64,000 nt of DNA from Octopus vulgaris (GCA_951406725.2 OX597815.1:34410001-34474000); one strand, 5' to 3'. Counted from the stretch's first letter, positions 27,864 through 42,160 are shown. Translations and numbers: made by a program. Notes: generated from the sequence alone by a model not told the origin.

Positions 27864-28899
27864 ATTTCATACTTGACTGGCACTTTTTTTTTTAATCGAT
27901 CCCAGAAGAATGAAGACAAATATGGCCTCACCTGGTTTTGAACAAAATGCTTTACGATGTATGTTCCGTAAGATACATCGTAAGATGCTTAATACATACA
28001 TACATACATCGTAAGATGCTCAATCACCACTGCCAGTTTGCCATCGTATTTTCAGTTTAGTCACTTGGGAGGGATTGACATTAGTTGATTTAAATGCCTC
28101 TTTGTTCTTAACTGGTACTTTATTTCATTCCAGAAATTTGAACTCAGAACGTAAAGAGAGAGACGAAATGTCGCTAAGCATTTTGTCTGATCCCCTAACA
28201 ACCATGCTACTCCATCGCCTTCTAAAAGTGAGATCAATAATTCTAATTTTGGCACAAGGCCAGCAATCTTGGCGGGAGTTGGGCAAGTCGATTATATCGC
28301 CCACAGTACTTGATCGGTACTTTATTTTATTGACCCTCATCCCCCGAAAGAATGAAATGAAAAAGGTGACCTTGACGACATTAGAACGCAAAATGTAAAG
28401 AGCCGGTAGAAATATCGCAGAGCATTTTGTCCGACGCTCAAAGCTGTCAGTCCATTGCCCTCTAGGGGTGAAATCAACAATAACAATATGTACGGTTCGG
28501 CAAATAACGCCGGTTTCTACAATTTATTCTTAAGTACGATGTTAAAATTAGTATCGGGGTCGATTTGTTCATTTAAACCCTTGGAAAGGTGCCCAACATG
28601 GCCGCAGTCAAATAATGAAATAGCTGCAAGATAAAAGATAAAAGATACCTTAATAACAGAATAAATAACAATAATAGCAGAGAACCACAGGATAAGAAAC
28701 AATATGAAAGCCAGCTCAAAAGAAGAGTAGCAACACTATGATTGGTGGAACCCGGCACACAACTCGAGATTACTCTAACACACTGAAGGCAAGTGCCTTA
28801 TACCAGTTCTAACATCTAATCTATAATGTATATCTATATATTTAGAGTAGCCCGTTCATCCAATCCTGTTTCGCTACTCTCACCCCCGGCAACCGGGTA

Positions 28900-29550
28900 G
28901 GGAAGGGATGAGATTGACCTACTCATCAACAGCGCTCATCTCATGTTCCTTCGTCTTCGTGGCCGTCTTTGATTGCAACAAGAGATCAGAATTTGCACGA
29001 AAGTGGGCTTCTTTTTTTTTTTTTTTTTTTGTAAATGCTCATCCGGGCCATCCTTCTCTATGAGTGCGAATCCTAGCCATTGAGAAATGAAGATTTTCGA
29101 AAACCCGAAGTCTTCAACCACTTCCGCCTACGTTGAATTCTACGTGTTCGTCCATTAGCGAAATTGTAATCGAAGAAATCGATGAGGGGTTGGGTCTGAA
29201 AGAAAATGCTCTCACCTCAAACTTTTCAGCAATGCTCACTACACAACTTTATTCGCAATAGCCACAAGAGAACAACACATTCACTTTTCTTTTTCTATTT
29301 TCGTTGTCGAAGTAAGACGATAGGTCTATCTTCCCGGTAGGCTCGGCTGAAAAACAGATCCGGCCCCTGAATAACAGATGTTCGCCGTAAACCCACACAA
29401 ATCAGCAGTATGCGGACACTGAATGATTACATGTCGGACCGTTTCATCACTCTGCGCACGTCACGAGCAGGTTAGATTGCTAGCGCTTCCAACTCGGCCA
29501 TCCACAATTTCTGGCCTGAAAGTCCTCCACAAGAGAGTCCTCTAGGCTAT
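28900..29550 (+). mobile_element. Decayed 3' part of an RTE-clade LINE
   Basis: FLRLRGRL..EIRICTK..IRAILLYECES*PLRNEDFRKPEVFNHFRLR*ILRV matches RTE LLYGCETWPLR..LEVFDHRCLRRILRI. Confidence 0.7.
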
Positions 29551-29705
29551 ACTCGTAGACTTTCATAATATTGTTGTTACTACTGTTAATGTTATCGATG
29601 CTGTTTGATATTTTTATACTACCGCTACTGCTACTACTCTGCGCCTTTGTTGTTTCCGTCGTTGCGAGGATTATCCAAACTTATAAATAACTATGTTCCA
29701 ACCAT

Positions 29706-31304
29706 AAGGCGGCGAGCTGGCAGAAACGTTAGCATGCCGGGCGAAATGCTTCGCGGTATTTCGTCTGCCGTTACGTCCTGAGTTCAAATTCCGCCGAGGT
29801 CGACTTTGCCTTTCATCTTTTCGGGGTCGATAAATTAAGTATCAGTTACGTACTGGGATCGATATAATCGACTTAATCCGTTTATCTGTCCTTGTTTGTC
29901 CCCTCTATGTTTAGCCCCTTGTGGTCAATAAAGAAATAAGAAACGTTAGCACACCGGGCGAAATGCTTAGCAGTATTTCGTCTGCCGCTACGTTCTAAGT
30001 TCAAATTCCACCGAGGTCAACTTTGCCTTTCATCCTTTCGGGGTCGATTAAATAAGTACCAGTTACACACTGGGGTCGATGTAATCGACTTAATCCGTTT
30101 ATCTGTCCTTGCTTGTCCCCTCTGTGTGTAGCCCATTGTGGGCAGTAAAGAAATAAGTATTTCGTCTGCCGTTACGTTCTGAGTTCAAATTCCGCCGAGG
30201 TCGACTTTGCCTTTCATCTTTTCGGGGTCGATAAATTAAGTATAAGTTACGCACTGGGATCGATATAATCGACTTAATCCGTTTGTCTGTCCTTGTTTGT
30301 CCCCTCTATGTTTAGCCCCTTGTGGTCAATAAAGAAATAAGAAACGTTAGCACACCGGGCGAAATGCTTAGCAGTATTTCGTCTGCCGCTACGTTCTAAG
30401 TTCAAATTCCACCGAGGTCAACTTTGTCTTTCATCCTTTCGGGGTCGATTAAATAAGTACCAGTTACACACTGGGGTCGATGTAATCGACTTAATCCGTT
30501 TATCTGTCCTTGCTTGTCCCCTCTGTGTGTAGCCCATTGTGGGCAGTAAAGAAATAAGTATTTCGTCTGCCGTTACGTTCTGAGTTCAAATTCCGGCGAG
30601 GTCGACTTTGCCTTTCATCTTTTCGGGGTCGATAAATTAAGTATAAGTTACGCACTGGGATCGATATAATCGACTTAATCCGTTTGTCTGTCCTTGTTTG
30701 TCCCCTCTATGTTTAGCCCCTTGTGGTCAATAAAGAAATAAGAAACGTTAGCACGCCGGGCGAAATGCTTAGCATTATTTCGTCTGCCGCTACGTTCTGA
30801 GTTCAAATTCCACCGAGGTCAACTTTGCCTTTCATCCTTTCGGGGTCGATTAAATAAGTACCAGTTACACACTGGGATCGATGTAATCGACTTAATCCGT
30901 TTATCTGTCCTTGCTTGTCCCCTCTGTGTGTAGCTCCTTGTGGGCAGTAAAGAAATAAGTATTTCGTCTGCCGTTACGTTCTGAGTTCAAATTCCGCCGA
31001 GGTCGACTTTGCCTTTCATCCTTTCGGGGTCGATTAAATAAGTACCAGTTACGCACTGAGGTCGATATAATCGACTTAATCCGTTTGTCTGTCCTTGTTT
31101 GTCCCCTCTGTGTGTAGCCCCTTGTGGGCAGTAAAGAAATAGGTATTTCGTCTGTCTTTACGTTCTGAGTTCAATTCTGCCGAGGTACTTTTCATCCTTT
31201 CGGGGTTGATAAATTAAGGAGCAGTTTCGTACTGGGGTATATCTAATCGACTGGATCACCCCCAAAAAAAATTTCGGGCCTTGTGCCTAGAGCAGAAAAG
31301 AAAA
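29706..31304 (+). mobile_element. Tandem array of about 8 SINE A units bounded by one 14-bp TSD
   Basis: TATGTTCCAACCAT at 29692-29705 and 31305-31318; ~401-bp dimeric periodicity (29940, 30341, 30742). Confidence 0.9.
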
Positions 31305-32364
31305 TATGTTCCAACCATGCCCATCTCATCGTATACTGGTATCACATTATCCATGTCATTTTAAGGGAAATGTGGTGATTGAAAGTGATTTGCCTATCAT
31401 TTCTGGGAGGTCAAGTAAACATATAGAAGCTTCGTCGTTGACTGGTCTGTGTTTTTGTTGTTGTTGTTGTTACCTGTTTGTTTACATGTATTGTAGTTGT
31501 TGTTTTTGGTATTGTTGTTCGTATTGCTGCTAGCTTGGAAGCTGTTATTCTTGTTATTGTTGTTGCTAACTGCTGCTGTGCTGGTTTTGCATGTTTTTAC
31601 TACGAGCACTGTCCTTACTGTTAATGATGTTCATGTTGATGTTATTGTTAGGATTACTGTCATTGTGGGCGTGGCTGTGTGGTAATAAGTCTGCTTCCCA
31701 ACCACATGGTTCTGGGTTCCATCCCACTGCATAGCAGTAGTAGTAGTAGTAGTGACTGATGTTATCTCGCTCCAGGTCAATCCTGATCAAGTTGACCTAA
31801 GATGGCATTCCGTCATGTGTCACATATGAGGGACAACACTCAACTGTCTGCTATACTTGTATAAGAGGGTAGCTGCTATTTCTAGCAGATATAACCACCG
31901 CACGATGCCGCCCATGTTGACCTATAAATTTATAATTGTTATTGTTTTAATCATTGTTGTTGCTCATTTGTTGATACAGTTGTTGTTGTTGTTGTTGTAG
32001 TTGTTGCTGTTGTGATTGTTGACGCTTATAGGTGTTCTGCCTGCCGTTGCAGTTGCTGTTGTTGTCGTGATTGTTATTGTCGTTCTTATGACTGTTTGCG
32101 CCTATCGTTGTTGTTGTTGTTGTTGACCTTCTTCATTTGAAGACAAGGAACCTGCCTATGACCTTTACAGACCCTTTTCTCCCCCCAGCTTTAATATAAG
32201 TGATGCTCAGCATGTGTGTGTTTTTGATGTTTCTTAACTCTTAGCAAAAACATGATCGCTCGACCTTTTAGAAATAACAACCAAATCTCTCTCAAATTAC
32301 TATCATCTCAAAAACGGAGCCATACATTGTATAGTAAACACCTATGTTAGATTCAAAGCTGATC

Positions 32365-32422
<58 letters not shown>

Positions 32423-32546
32423 GGTGGTGGTGGTGGTGGTGGTGGTGGTGGTGGTGGTGGTGGTGGTGGTGTTGGTGGTGGTGGTGGTTGTAGTGGTGGT
32501 GGTGGTGGTGGTAGTAGTAGTAATAGTAGTGGTGGTGGTAGTGGCT

Positions 32547-32581
<35 letters not shown>
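32365..32581. repeat. (TAG)n(TGG)n microsatellite, followed by diverged minus-strand SINE A copies to about 33050
   Basis: Directly visible. Confidence 0.9.
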
Positions 32582-33186
32582 TTCTAACACAGGAACAAGG
32601 CCTGAAATTTAGAGAATGAGAACGGTCGATTATATCGATTCCAGTTTTTGACTGGTATTTTATCGATTCCAGAGAAATGAAAGGCAACGTTGATCTCGGC
32701 GGTATTTGAAACCTAAATGCAAGGAACCGGGAAAAAAATGTCGCAAGGTATTTTTCCCGATGCTTCAGTGATTCTACCACTCCAGTATCCTTGTAGTAAT
32801 AGTAGCTGAAATAGTAATGATAGTTTGAGTAGTAGTTTATCAAACAGAAAGAATAGGGGTAAGTCATCGGCTGCGATGGTCGTGGTGGAAAGGATAAGTC
32901 GATTATCTGGGATTGGTACTTTTTATTAACTCTGAACGAATAAAAAACAAAGTTGACCTCGGTGAGGTTTGAACTTCGAGACTTATATTTAAATGTAACA
33001 AAATGGGATCAAGCCCGTGGCTCTAGCGATTCTGCCACCACACTATCCTAGAAGTAACATAATTTCTTTCTTTTGTTTTTTGCTTTTTGTTTTTGTCTTT
33101 TCATTTTTTGAATGTCATACAAATTTCGAAAGAATGTGTAAAATTGATTTCGTTAACTATATCTATCCATTATATATGTATGCATG

Positions 33187-33232
<46 letters not shown>

Positions 33233-33234
33233 TT

Positions 33235-33876
<642 letters not shown>

Positions 33877-34067
33877 ATGCAACGGTCTTCCTTAAAAATC
33901 TACCGTCTACCAAATCTACTCACAAGACATTAGCTGGAGAAGACACTTGCCCAAGTTGCCGCGCAGTAAGACTGAGTGTAAAACTACGTGGTTGCAAGAG
34001 CAAGCTTCTTAACTATTTATATATTACTTATTCTATTAGCCTTGACAAGATGACTAAGCGATTTGAG

Positions 34068-34347
34068 CAGTGGTGGCTCATAGATAAAATTAGTGGGGGT
34101 GCTGCTTTAGAAGATTTTTAACCGTTGTTTTAATATTGTGTAAAAGGAAACAAACAAATAAAAGAAAATTTATACATAGCTGCAGGAGTGGCTGTGTGGT
34201 AAGTAGCTTGCTTATCAACCACATGGCCATAGGTTTAGTCCCACTGCGTGGCACCTTAGGCAAGTGTCTTCTACTATAGTCTCGTGCTGACTAAAGACTT
34301 GTGAGTGGATTTGGTAAACGGAAACTGGAAGAAGCTCGTTGTATATG

Positions 34348-34427
<80 letters not shown>

Positions 34428-35230
34428 TGTGTTTGTTTCCCCCAACATCACTTGACAACCGATGCTGGTGTGTTTAGGTCCCGTAACTTAGCGGTTCGGC
34501 AAAAGAAACCGATAGAATATGGACTAGGCTTACACAGAATAAGCTCTGAGGTCGATTTGCTCGACTAAAGGCGGTGCTCCAGCATGGCCGCAGTCAAATG
34601 ACTGAAACAAGTAAAAGATAAAAGAAGAAAGATAAGAGACATAAACTTGATCGGTTTGCGTTTTAGCCACTGCCGTGTAGTGTGTTTAATTTGTTCACTG
34701 AACATCGCCGCGAATTCCCCCCTTGTTTTTCAAAAATTACCCCCTAAATCACAAAATAAGTGGGGGCGGGGAATGTGCTCTATTTTTCAAATCCTGGCTG
34801 CAACACTGAAGCTGGAAGCGGGATAATAATCTAATTCTACACTTTATCACATTCAAGAATATAAACACGTTTTTAAGCACAACAAACGCAAAATCAAAAA
34901 GAAACACTACCTTTCACCCGGCACTGTCGTTCACGCAGAGCTCTCTCTCCCTAGTCTGAAGCTTCCTATCTCGGACATTTGAGCATACGCACAACGGCCA
35001 AACACCGCGCCGCTGGAACTGTGAAGCACACAGTTCTATACAAGGATTTTTGTATCTTTTTTCATAAACTAGAGGATGGCTACTGGCATTAAGCTTAAGG
35101 ATTATATAACGTACAAGTATAAAGATAGAATTAAAGAAAATAAGACTCATTATATTGAGTGTTATCGATGATATCGAGTGGAAATAGAGGGTGCTGCAGT
35201 TCCCCAGTTCCTATACACGAACCACCACTG
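34068..35230. mobile_element. Non-autonomous hAT-like element with a nested SINE B
   Basis: TIR CAGTGGTGGCTC / GAACCACCACTG; degenerate 8-bp TSD GATTTGAG / GATCTGTG; subterminal GGGTGCTGC at both ends. Confidence 0.65.
34182..34625 (+). mobile_element. SINE family B, full length, with internal (TG)n
   Basis: Complete head, core, microsatellite and tail. Confidence 0.9.
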
Positions 35231-35764
35231 GATCTGTGAGACAAATTTGAATTCAAATTTAAGAAATATGGAAGTAAATCAAGGAAACTACTTAGCTTAG
35301 CTCTCTATTGCTTTTGCTGTCCCATAGTAAATGCAATGTTACTAAAATATATCGATGTCTCTATTAGACAACTTATTAACTGATCGCTCAAATTTTATTT
35401 ATTACAACAGGTGCAATAAATAGATTCAAGCCACTGTTTGAATCTGTATTATATCTTACATAAATCAACGGTTGGTTATTTAATTGGGAACAGCAAACTC
35501 CCCAGTGCTGCAAATCCACGATAACATTTTGAAAACTCTATGTATTTATCTCTCCCATCACCATTTATCTTTTCTTGGAGTGGTAGTGATAGCTTCTTGT
35601 ATTCAGAGCTACCTAGTGTGAATAGTGACAGTTCAGATAAAATAAGAGATGCGATAAAATTTAGAAATGATTTCTTTATAGTTAGATATAATTTCTTATT
35701 TGTCATATACCGAAGAATGGCATATACATTAAAATATGGTTGACAAAGTACAATGAGATATGAG

Positions 35765-35808
<44 letters not shown>

Positions 35809-36379
35809 TGTACAGAAGTATTATACTATTGAAATATGGTTTAAGTAGTCAAAGGCTAAGTTGAATAGCACTTCTATAATACCACGATACATATATTGGA
35901 TTATATTTTGACAAAGTTGTTACAAATCGAAGTTAATAGTACATGTAGAGTAAAGATAGTACATATATTGAAATGTGGCTTGTAAGGTAATTAGCTATAA
36001 TAGTTAATGGCACTTGTTGAGTCGTATAATACATTGAAATGTGGCTTCGTAAAATACAGCTATATATCGTAGTTAACAGCACTTGTATAGCATCGTGGTA
36101 CTAAACTGAAATGTAGCTAGATAGAGAAAATTATATATAGCACAGGATATGTATTGAAAATTGCTGGTTAGACTTTATAGTTATTATTATTTTACTTCAA
36201 CCTCAAGTTAACAAAGGTGGAGTAAACCGACCATTAATGGCATTCCGTTTTTTTTATGGGTATCTAGGAGTAATTTAACTGTGACCTTTGTCTTTTTAAG
36301 TCATTAGAATGTCATACAAGGGGAATCTGGATGGTATTTCTAGCTATTTGAGCTGGAGTGACATGTACAACTCTTGTGG

Positions 36380-37303
36380 TGGTGTTATCACAATCGATGG
36401 GTGTAGGATCGCCAGGCTGATATTTGTAGACGACATGGTGTTACATGGCTCATAAAAATGTGATCTCCAGCATGTGCGGAATGGATTCGCTGCTGAGTGA
36501 GAATTAATGTTGCGAAGACTGAGACATTGGTCCTGTAGAGAAAGTCTTCCCAGTGCTGACATAACTCTGTTTTCCATCCTTATTTTCATATCATAGAAAA
36601 TTTGACATGGATAAACTTGAATCCACAGTCTCAGTGTACGAAGTATATAGTAAGTCGCTTCACTGAGGTGTGAATCTAAAAAGACGTAACTCTGCATGTT
36701 AGTATCTCGGAGCTCTATTCATGAATGAGGGGAGGCAAAAGGTTGAGTGGAGTGCTAGAATTACAGGTGCTGCCATAGAAATGCTCCAGTCTCAGCATTC
36801 GAGCCTCAGAAGAGGAGATGCTTTAAAGAAAATAACCGAACTCGCTATCTTCAATTCAGTGTTCGTGCCTATCTCCACCTATGATCTTGAATGTTGGGTA
36901 ATAACCGAAAGTATACGATCGCGCATACGAGTGGCCGAAATGGAGTTCTTCCGGGAGGATTTCTGGAGTAACGTTATTCGACAAGGTGCGTAACTCTTAG
37001 ATCAGAGAGTCTCTCTAGGTCGAGCTGCTACTTCGCATTCAGAGAATACAGCTCTGGTACTACGGATATGTGATTAGAATGTCACAAGAAAAAAATCACA
37101 AGGTGGATTCTTTAAGCCGAACCAACCGGCAGGAGACTTCGGGGGTAGACCTAAAACGAGATGGTTGGGTAATAACCATAGTTTCAGTTGGTCACGCTTG
37201 GGAATCCAGCCGAAAAATTACTTCTGATAAGAAGAGGTGCTTGAGGACTCTACCCCAACGATTTTCACAGAAATGCTGAGTGTAGATGATGGATGGATGG
37301 ATG
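36380..37303 (+). mobile_element. 5'-truncated RTE-clade (Rex3/Expander-like) LINE with (GATG)n tail
   Basis: IARLIFVDDMVL (FADD motif), YLGALFMNEGR, LAIFNSVFVPISTYDLECWVITESIRSRIRVAEMEF; tail GATGGATGGATG. Confidence 0.75.
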
Positions 37304-38379
37304 AGCGACCACGAATAGACTCGTCAGATTTTCGAGATATAGAAATTGTTATTATTGTTGTTCGTTAGCCCCAGGTCAGCCTTGATCAAGTACCTATGAT
37401 TAAACGCACCCTAGCTGTAACTATCTCGTCTTTTATATTTTCAGTCATAATTTATGAAATTATTATAGATCTTGATACACCATCAATCGCGTTTCTAATC
37501 GCTGTTAACACAATGTCCGATTCATATTCTAATCTCAACAACGACTTTTGTTTTTGAAAATGTATTCAAAATACAAACATTGCACCTTGTTTAGGGTAAA
37601 TTAAATTCTACAATTTAAGAATTTTTTATTTCAATATATTTCAATAAAAAGCGTTGCTTTGATTCTCTTTTATTTCAACATCTTCACTCTCCACATGTCC
37701 GATTTAAACATCTTTTTATCTTTCACCCGCCATTCAATTATGTCGATGGCTTTGCCTTCAATATATCTTGTTCGTCTCACGAGGTAGATAACTTACAAAA
37801 AATTTATTTAGTTATGTTGTTCTAAACTTGGTTGCTAGTTCTAGCAGATCTGGCGACAACATAAAGAGTTTTGCCCATTATGTAATGAATAACGTTGTGT
37901 ACAGAATCGTGATTAGTGCTTCCCTCACCTCAGTACATAATATTTACAGAATTAGAGCTAAACATATCGCACAACACTGGAGCGTTATGAATTTTACTAT
38001 GCACCTAGTATTTGATTGAATAATTCATGAAATCAGTACATACAGAATTTATTGACTCAGATATGACTAATCTAAATAATTTTTGCTCTTATTTTTACCC
38101 ATTTATACAGCAGAAAACACAAATGACGAAATAGCAATGAATTAGTAGAATCTTACAATCCTAATGAGAGCAATGTGACCTCTGGTTCAACTCCACGAAT
38201 CCATAACATCACGATAATCAATCGTTTCATTTCCCGCTGAAGTATCTGAACCATATAATTGTGAAGGTTCTAACTCTTCCAAGTCTGTCGACAATGTAAC
38301 AACAATTAGTGATGTTATTAAACAACCATTTCGTCTAGACATAAGTAACAACAACTGAACAACTATCTCTGGCTCACAG

Positions 38380-40300
38380 ACAGTTTATACCAATCGGCAA
38401 GGTTTCAATCTCCAACCAGAATCAACTGGCTACACTACAGATTAGAAAACAACACTGTTGTTTCATACGCGCTATTCAAAATTAAATAAGAAAATTAGAG
38501 AAACAAAGATCTTGCATTCATCCCTAAAAGTTATTAAAAATTATGAAAATTATTTTAACGTTCATGAACAATTGCAATGTCTTAGATACGTTCTCTGATT
38601 TGAAATCATCATTCACAAATGTAATTATTTTCTTGAAATGATTCAAGATTCACAACGCACTAGTGGAAGGACATACCTCTTGAAAATTATGGAATTTGTT
38701 TATACAGAATCCGTGTGGACAAATCGTTGCTTTTCAAACTCATGAAGCAAAGGTGATCACTGCTTGACAAAACGGCTGGAAACAAATTATCTGATGCTAT
38801 CATATTCATACGCTGATTACCAAAGTAAATTAATACACAATATGACTAAACACATTCTTAAAATGGAAGTTGTGCATATTCGTAGAAGTTCATTTCTTTC
38901 GTTGATTGCTGATGAGTACGATTGTGGCTAATTGGAAACATGTGACACCTTCTGCCTGTTTAATTAAGTATTCCAGCATTGAAAGTTGAAGATTTCCTCG
39001 GATTTCAGAAAGTCTCAATTTTCTTAATATCACCATTTTTCGCTATTCGAGGTGGATTATTTCATTTACAACTTTCTTTGTCTCAGTTAAAAGCGAAAGT
39101 ATTCGATGGAGCAAACAATATATTGGGAAAGGAATTAATATTAGAGCGAAGGATTTATAATTCTAAACTCTCGAAATTTATTGCCTTGGACATTCTATAA
39201 ATTTATGTGAAATATCTAACATGTCTGTCGTATTTTAGAAAACACAACAAGCATTGTTAGTGAAATTTACATCTTCATTTAGATTCTTCAAAACAGCGAG
39301 AAAATCCTTAGGAAATCAATTTGGCGAGACAGCTGCTGATTTCACGGCATCGTAGCAACATCGGTGCTGCCAGATAGGATTATCAAATCTCTGACACAAC
39401 AAAACAAATGACTATGCTGAAACCGGCAGTTCCCTAGGAAGAGTGTATTTGCAGTCAAAGAGAGAAAGTGTGATCAGAACGGAAGCTGGAGAATTTTATG
39501 AGCCTATAGAATTGGGATATAGAGGCTTTGCATGAAGGATGCTTATTCTGCAAACTCCTCAACGGAATGGGTTTTCCCCCTGGATGGTAAGTAAGAAGGC
39601 CATCCAATCTGCAAGTGAAACTGCAGAAGAAAAAAAAAACACCAGGTGGTTTTGGATTAAAAGGGCTGGTCCGTGGACTATTGCCGTTTGGGATAGAAAT
39701 CGGGGTCAGATTATTCATCACTGGGGAAGTGAGGTGCTGAGCAAGAGTTAAAAGAACCGAAATCTGATGGCTATGAAGAAATGTATGTTCCTTCAATGTC
39801 ACTAGATAAATTCTGTCACCCGAGATGAACAAGTGCCCGTGGCTACAAGCTCTACATTGAAGTATTTTATGGTGGCCAAAAATCGAAGTGAGTACGACTG
39901 GAGCGTCTTTGCTTCTTGGTTTAGTTGATGAGCGTTTATTTAAGTTTAAAGAACAACTGTAATAATTCAGTACTATGATTATCCGTGGAAGTTGAACGGT
40001 TAGTTTGAGGATTGTTAGATGGGTGAAAGTTTACAGAGAACCATGAAATATGTAATTTCTTCTGAAATCGTATTTTGTTTGAAACATTTGATTCTTCTTT
40101 AGATAGTGTAAAAGTGCACACATGTAGTACCAGTTCTTTGGTAGCAACATCTCTGAAAGCTGTATTCTTTGTTATACACTTATTACTTCTTCAACCTTGA
40201 AAGTTATCTATTATTTTTCACTTTACTTCAAGAAGTAAACAATTTTAACTAAGAGATGAAATCTAAGATATAATCTTTCTACAATATAATTCGTCTACTG
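38380..40300 (+). pseudogene. Heavily decayed hAT transposase (ZMYM1/DUF4371-like)
   Basis: NWLHY, KDLAFI, FNVHEQ, YSYADYQSKLIHNM..IRRSSFLSLIADE, EDFLGF, LSQLKAKVFDGANNILG correspond to hAT motifs FSIIADE and GQGYDGASNM; many stops. Confidence 0.65.
39430..39760 (+). mobile_element. 3' end of a Hero-like RLE non-LTR element inserted in the hAT relic
   Basis: EPIELGYRGFA...KKAIQSASETAEE..RWFWIKRAGPW resembles the Hero C-terminus PVEVGCRGF...EAAEKASRWLWIRR. Confidence 0.6.
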
Positions 40301-40694
40301 TTCGATTACGCTGGTAAACTTTTAAGAAAAATTAAACAGCTGCTTTCCATCCTTATTTTCATATCATTGAAAATTTGACATGGATAAACTTGAATACACA
40401 GTCTCGGTGTACGAAGTATAACAAGTCGCTTCACTGAGGTGTGAATCTAAAAAGACATATCAGTAACATTGGTGCAGGCAAGGCTGTATGGTTAACAATT
40501 TCGCTTTGTAACCATATGGTTCCGCGTTTGATTGCACTACGTAAAACTATAGACAAATGTCTTCTACTAGCCTCGAAGTGATTAATGTCTTGAGCGAAAT
40601 TTGATGACAGTATTGAAGCCCATCGTTTTTACCCATCCCTTTTCTTTGTCTGTCTCTCTTTCTCCCTCTCTTTCTCTCTCTCTCTTTCTCTCCA

Positions 40695-40757
<63 letters not shown>

Positions 40758-40899
40758 CTGTGTGTATATAGTGTGTTTATGCTACTTAAAAGCAATTACT
40801 GGAATCGATATGCTGTCCTAATCTCCTAAAGGCGGCGCCACCGTATGGCTGCAATCTAATATCCGGCAGAAGACAAAATGAATAATATATATATATCAA

Positions 40900-42160
40900 T
40901 ATCACACTATCAAATGCTGTTATACACCACTGATTACAATGCGCTTCCATGTATGTCTTGATTGCATCATTCTTTTCCATCTTAACTGAAATTGGTTGAC
41001 TAAATCGTCTTCCCACCGTCGTGGGGGGGGGCCTTCCAAGAGGTTTTTTCTGAATTTTTACATATCCCTCGGTAACTGCACGGCTCCACCTGTTGTCTCT
41101 GAGCCTTGCGCCATATCCGGCCCAGTGGATCTTGTGCTTACGGTACTCTGCCATCACACCGTTCACTCCACTCCGTTCTCGAATTATCTCATTTCAAATG
41201 TGCTCTCAGTGATATTCCTAGCATTGATCTTTCCTTTGCTCTTTGCGTCGTAGCCAATCGACATTTTATTCTATTTGTACTACCCTACATCTCACCTGAA
41301 TATAAGAACACAGGTAGGAAGATGCTGTTGAAGAGTTTGGCACATTTGGCATTGTCTAGCTTTGTTTGGAGTACATCCTTTATTGAGTTAACTGCCTTTC
41401 ATCCTGCCCCTATTCTCTTTGAGATTTCAGCATCCACATCTCGTCGCAAATTCATTGTGCGCCCTAAGTAGAAGTACTCCTTTACCATCTCGATATCATC
41501 GCTTTTCACCTCTATCCGGCCTTCGGCTACATCTTCCGACTGCATATATCGTATTTCCATGTGGTTCATTTTAAGACCTACTGCTAAGCTCTGAGCATTC
41601 AGCTCTCAGCATGAGGTGCAGCTGATCTATAGTTTCAGAGATGAGTACAATGCCATCTTCGAAGCCGAAGAGTGTTAGTTGTTCACCATTGATGTTCACA
41701 ATCAAATGTTCGTGCCCACTCGATTTCCCTGACGACCATTTCTAGATATAGAGCTTTGGAGAAATTGTAAAGAGCTTTGTAAATTGTAAATGGTAAATAG
41801 CTTTGGAGAAATTGTATCTTCTTGCTTGACACTCCTCTCAGTTGGGACCCTGACAGAGCTATATCTGTTGCGCATTCAGAGTCCGTATCTCTGCACACTT
41901 TGATGTATTGAGCCTCGACACGTTCCATTCCCAGAGATTTCAACACTGCTTTCACCTCGACGCTATCGAAGACCTTTCCGTAATCAAAAAAAGCGAAACA
42001 CAGAGGAAGCTAGTTATCTTTCGCTCGTACTATGAGCTATGTTACAGTGAATATGTGGCCTAACATCCTCACAGAAACCTGCTCGTTATTTCTGCTGTTG
42101 GTCGTCGAGGTGTTTTTATAGTCTTAGTGACAATCACCTTTGTAAACAGCTTATCGAGGC
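40900..42160 (-). mobile_element. Decayed RTE-1-like LINE (RT to C-terminus)
   Basis: FFDYGKVFDSVEVKAVL, FEDGIVLISE (FADDIVL), EYFYLG, LFNSIFLPVF, KIHWAGYGARLRDNRWSRAVTE..KKPLGRPP. Confidence 0.8.

Noticed and set aside
29706-31304. Regular array superficially like a CRISPR locus
   Set aside because: Units are ~180-220-bp SINE bodies without unique spacers; eukaryotic context with no cas genes
35476-35799. 107-aa minus-strand ORF in non-repeat sequence
   Set aside because: Starts inside (TG)n, has no recognisable domain and no convincing splice sites
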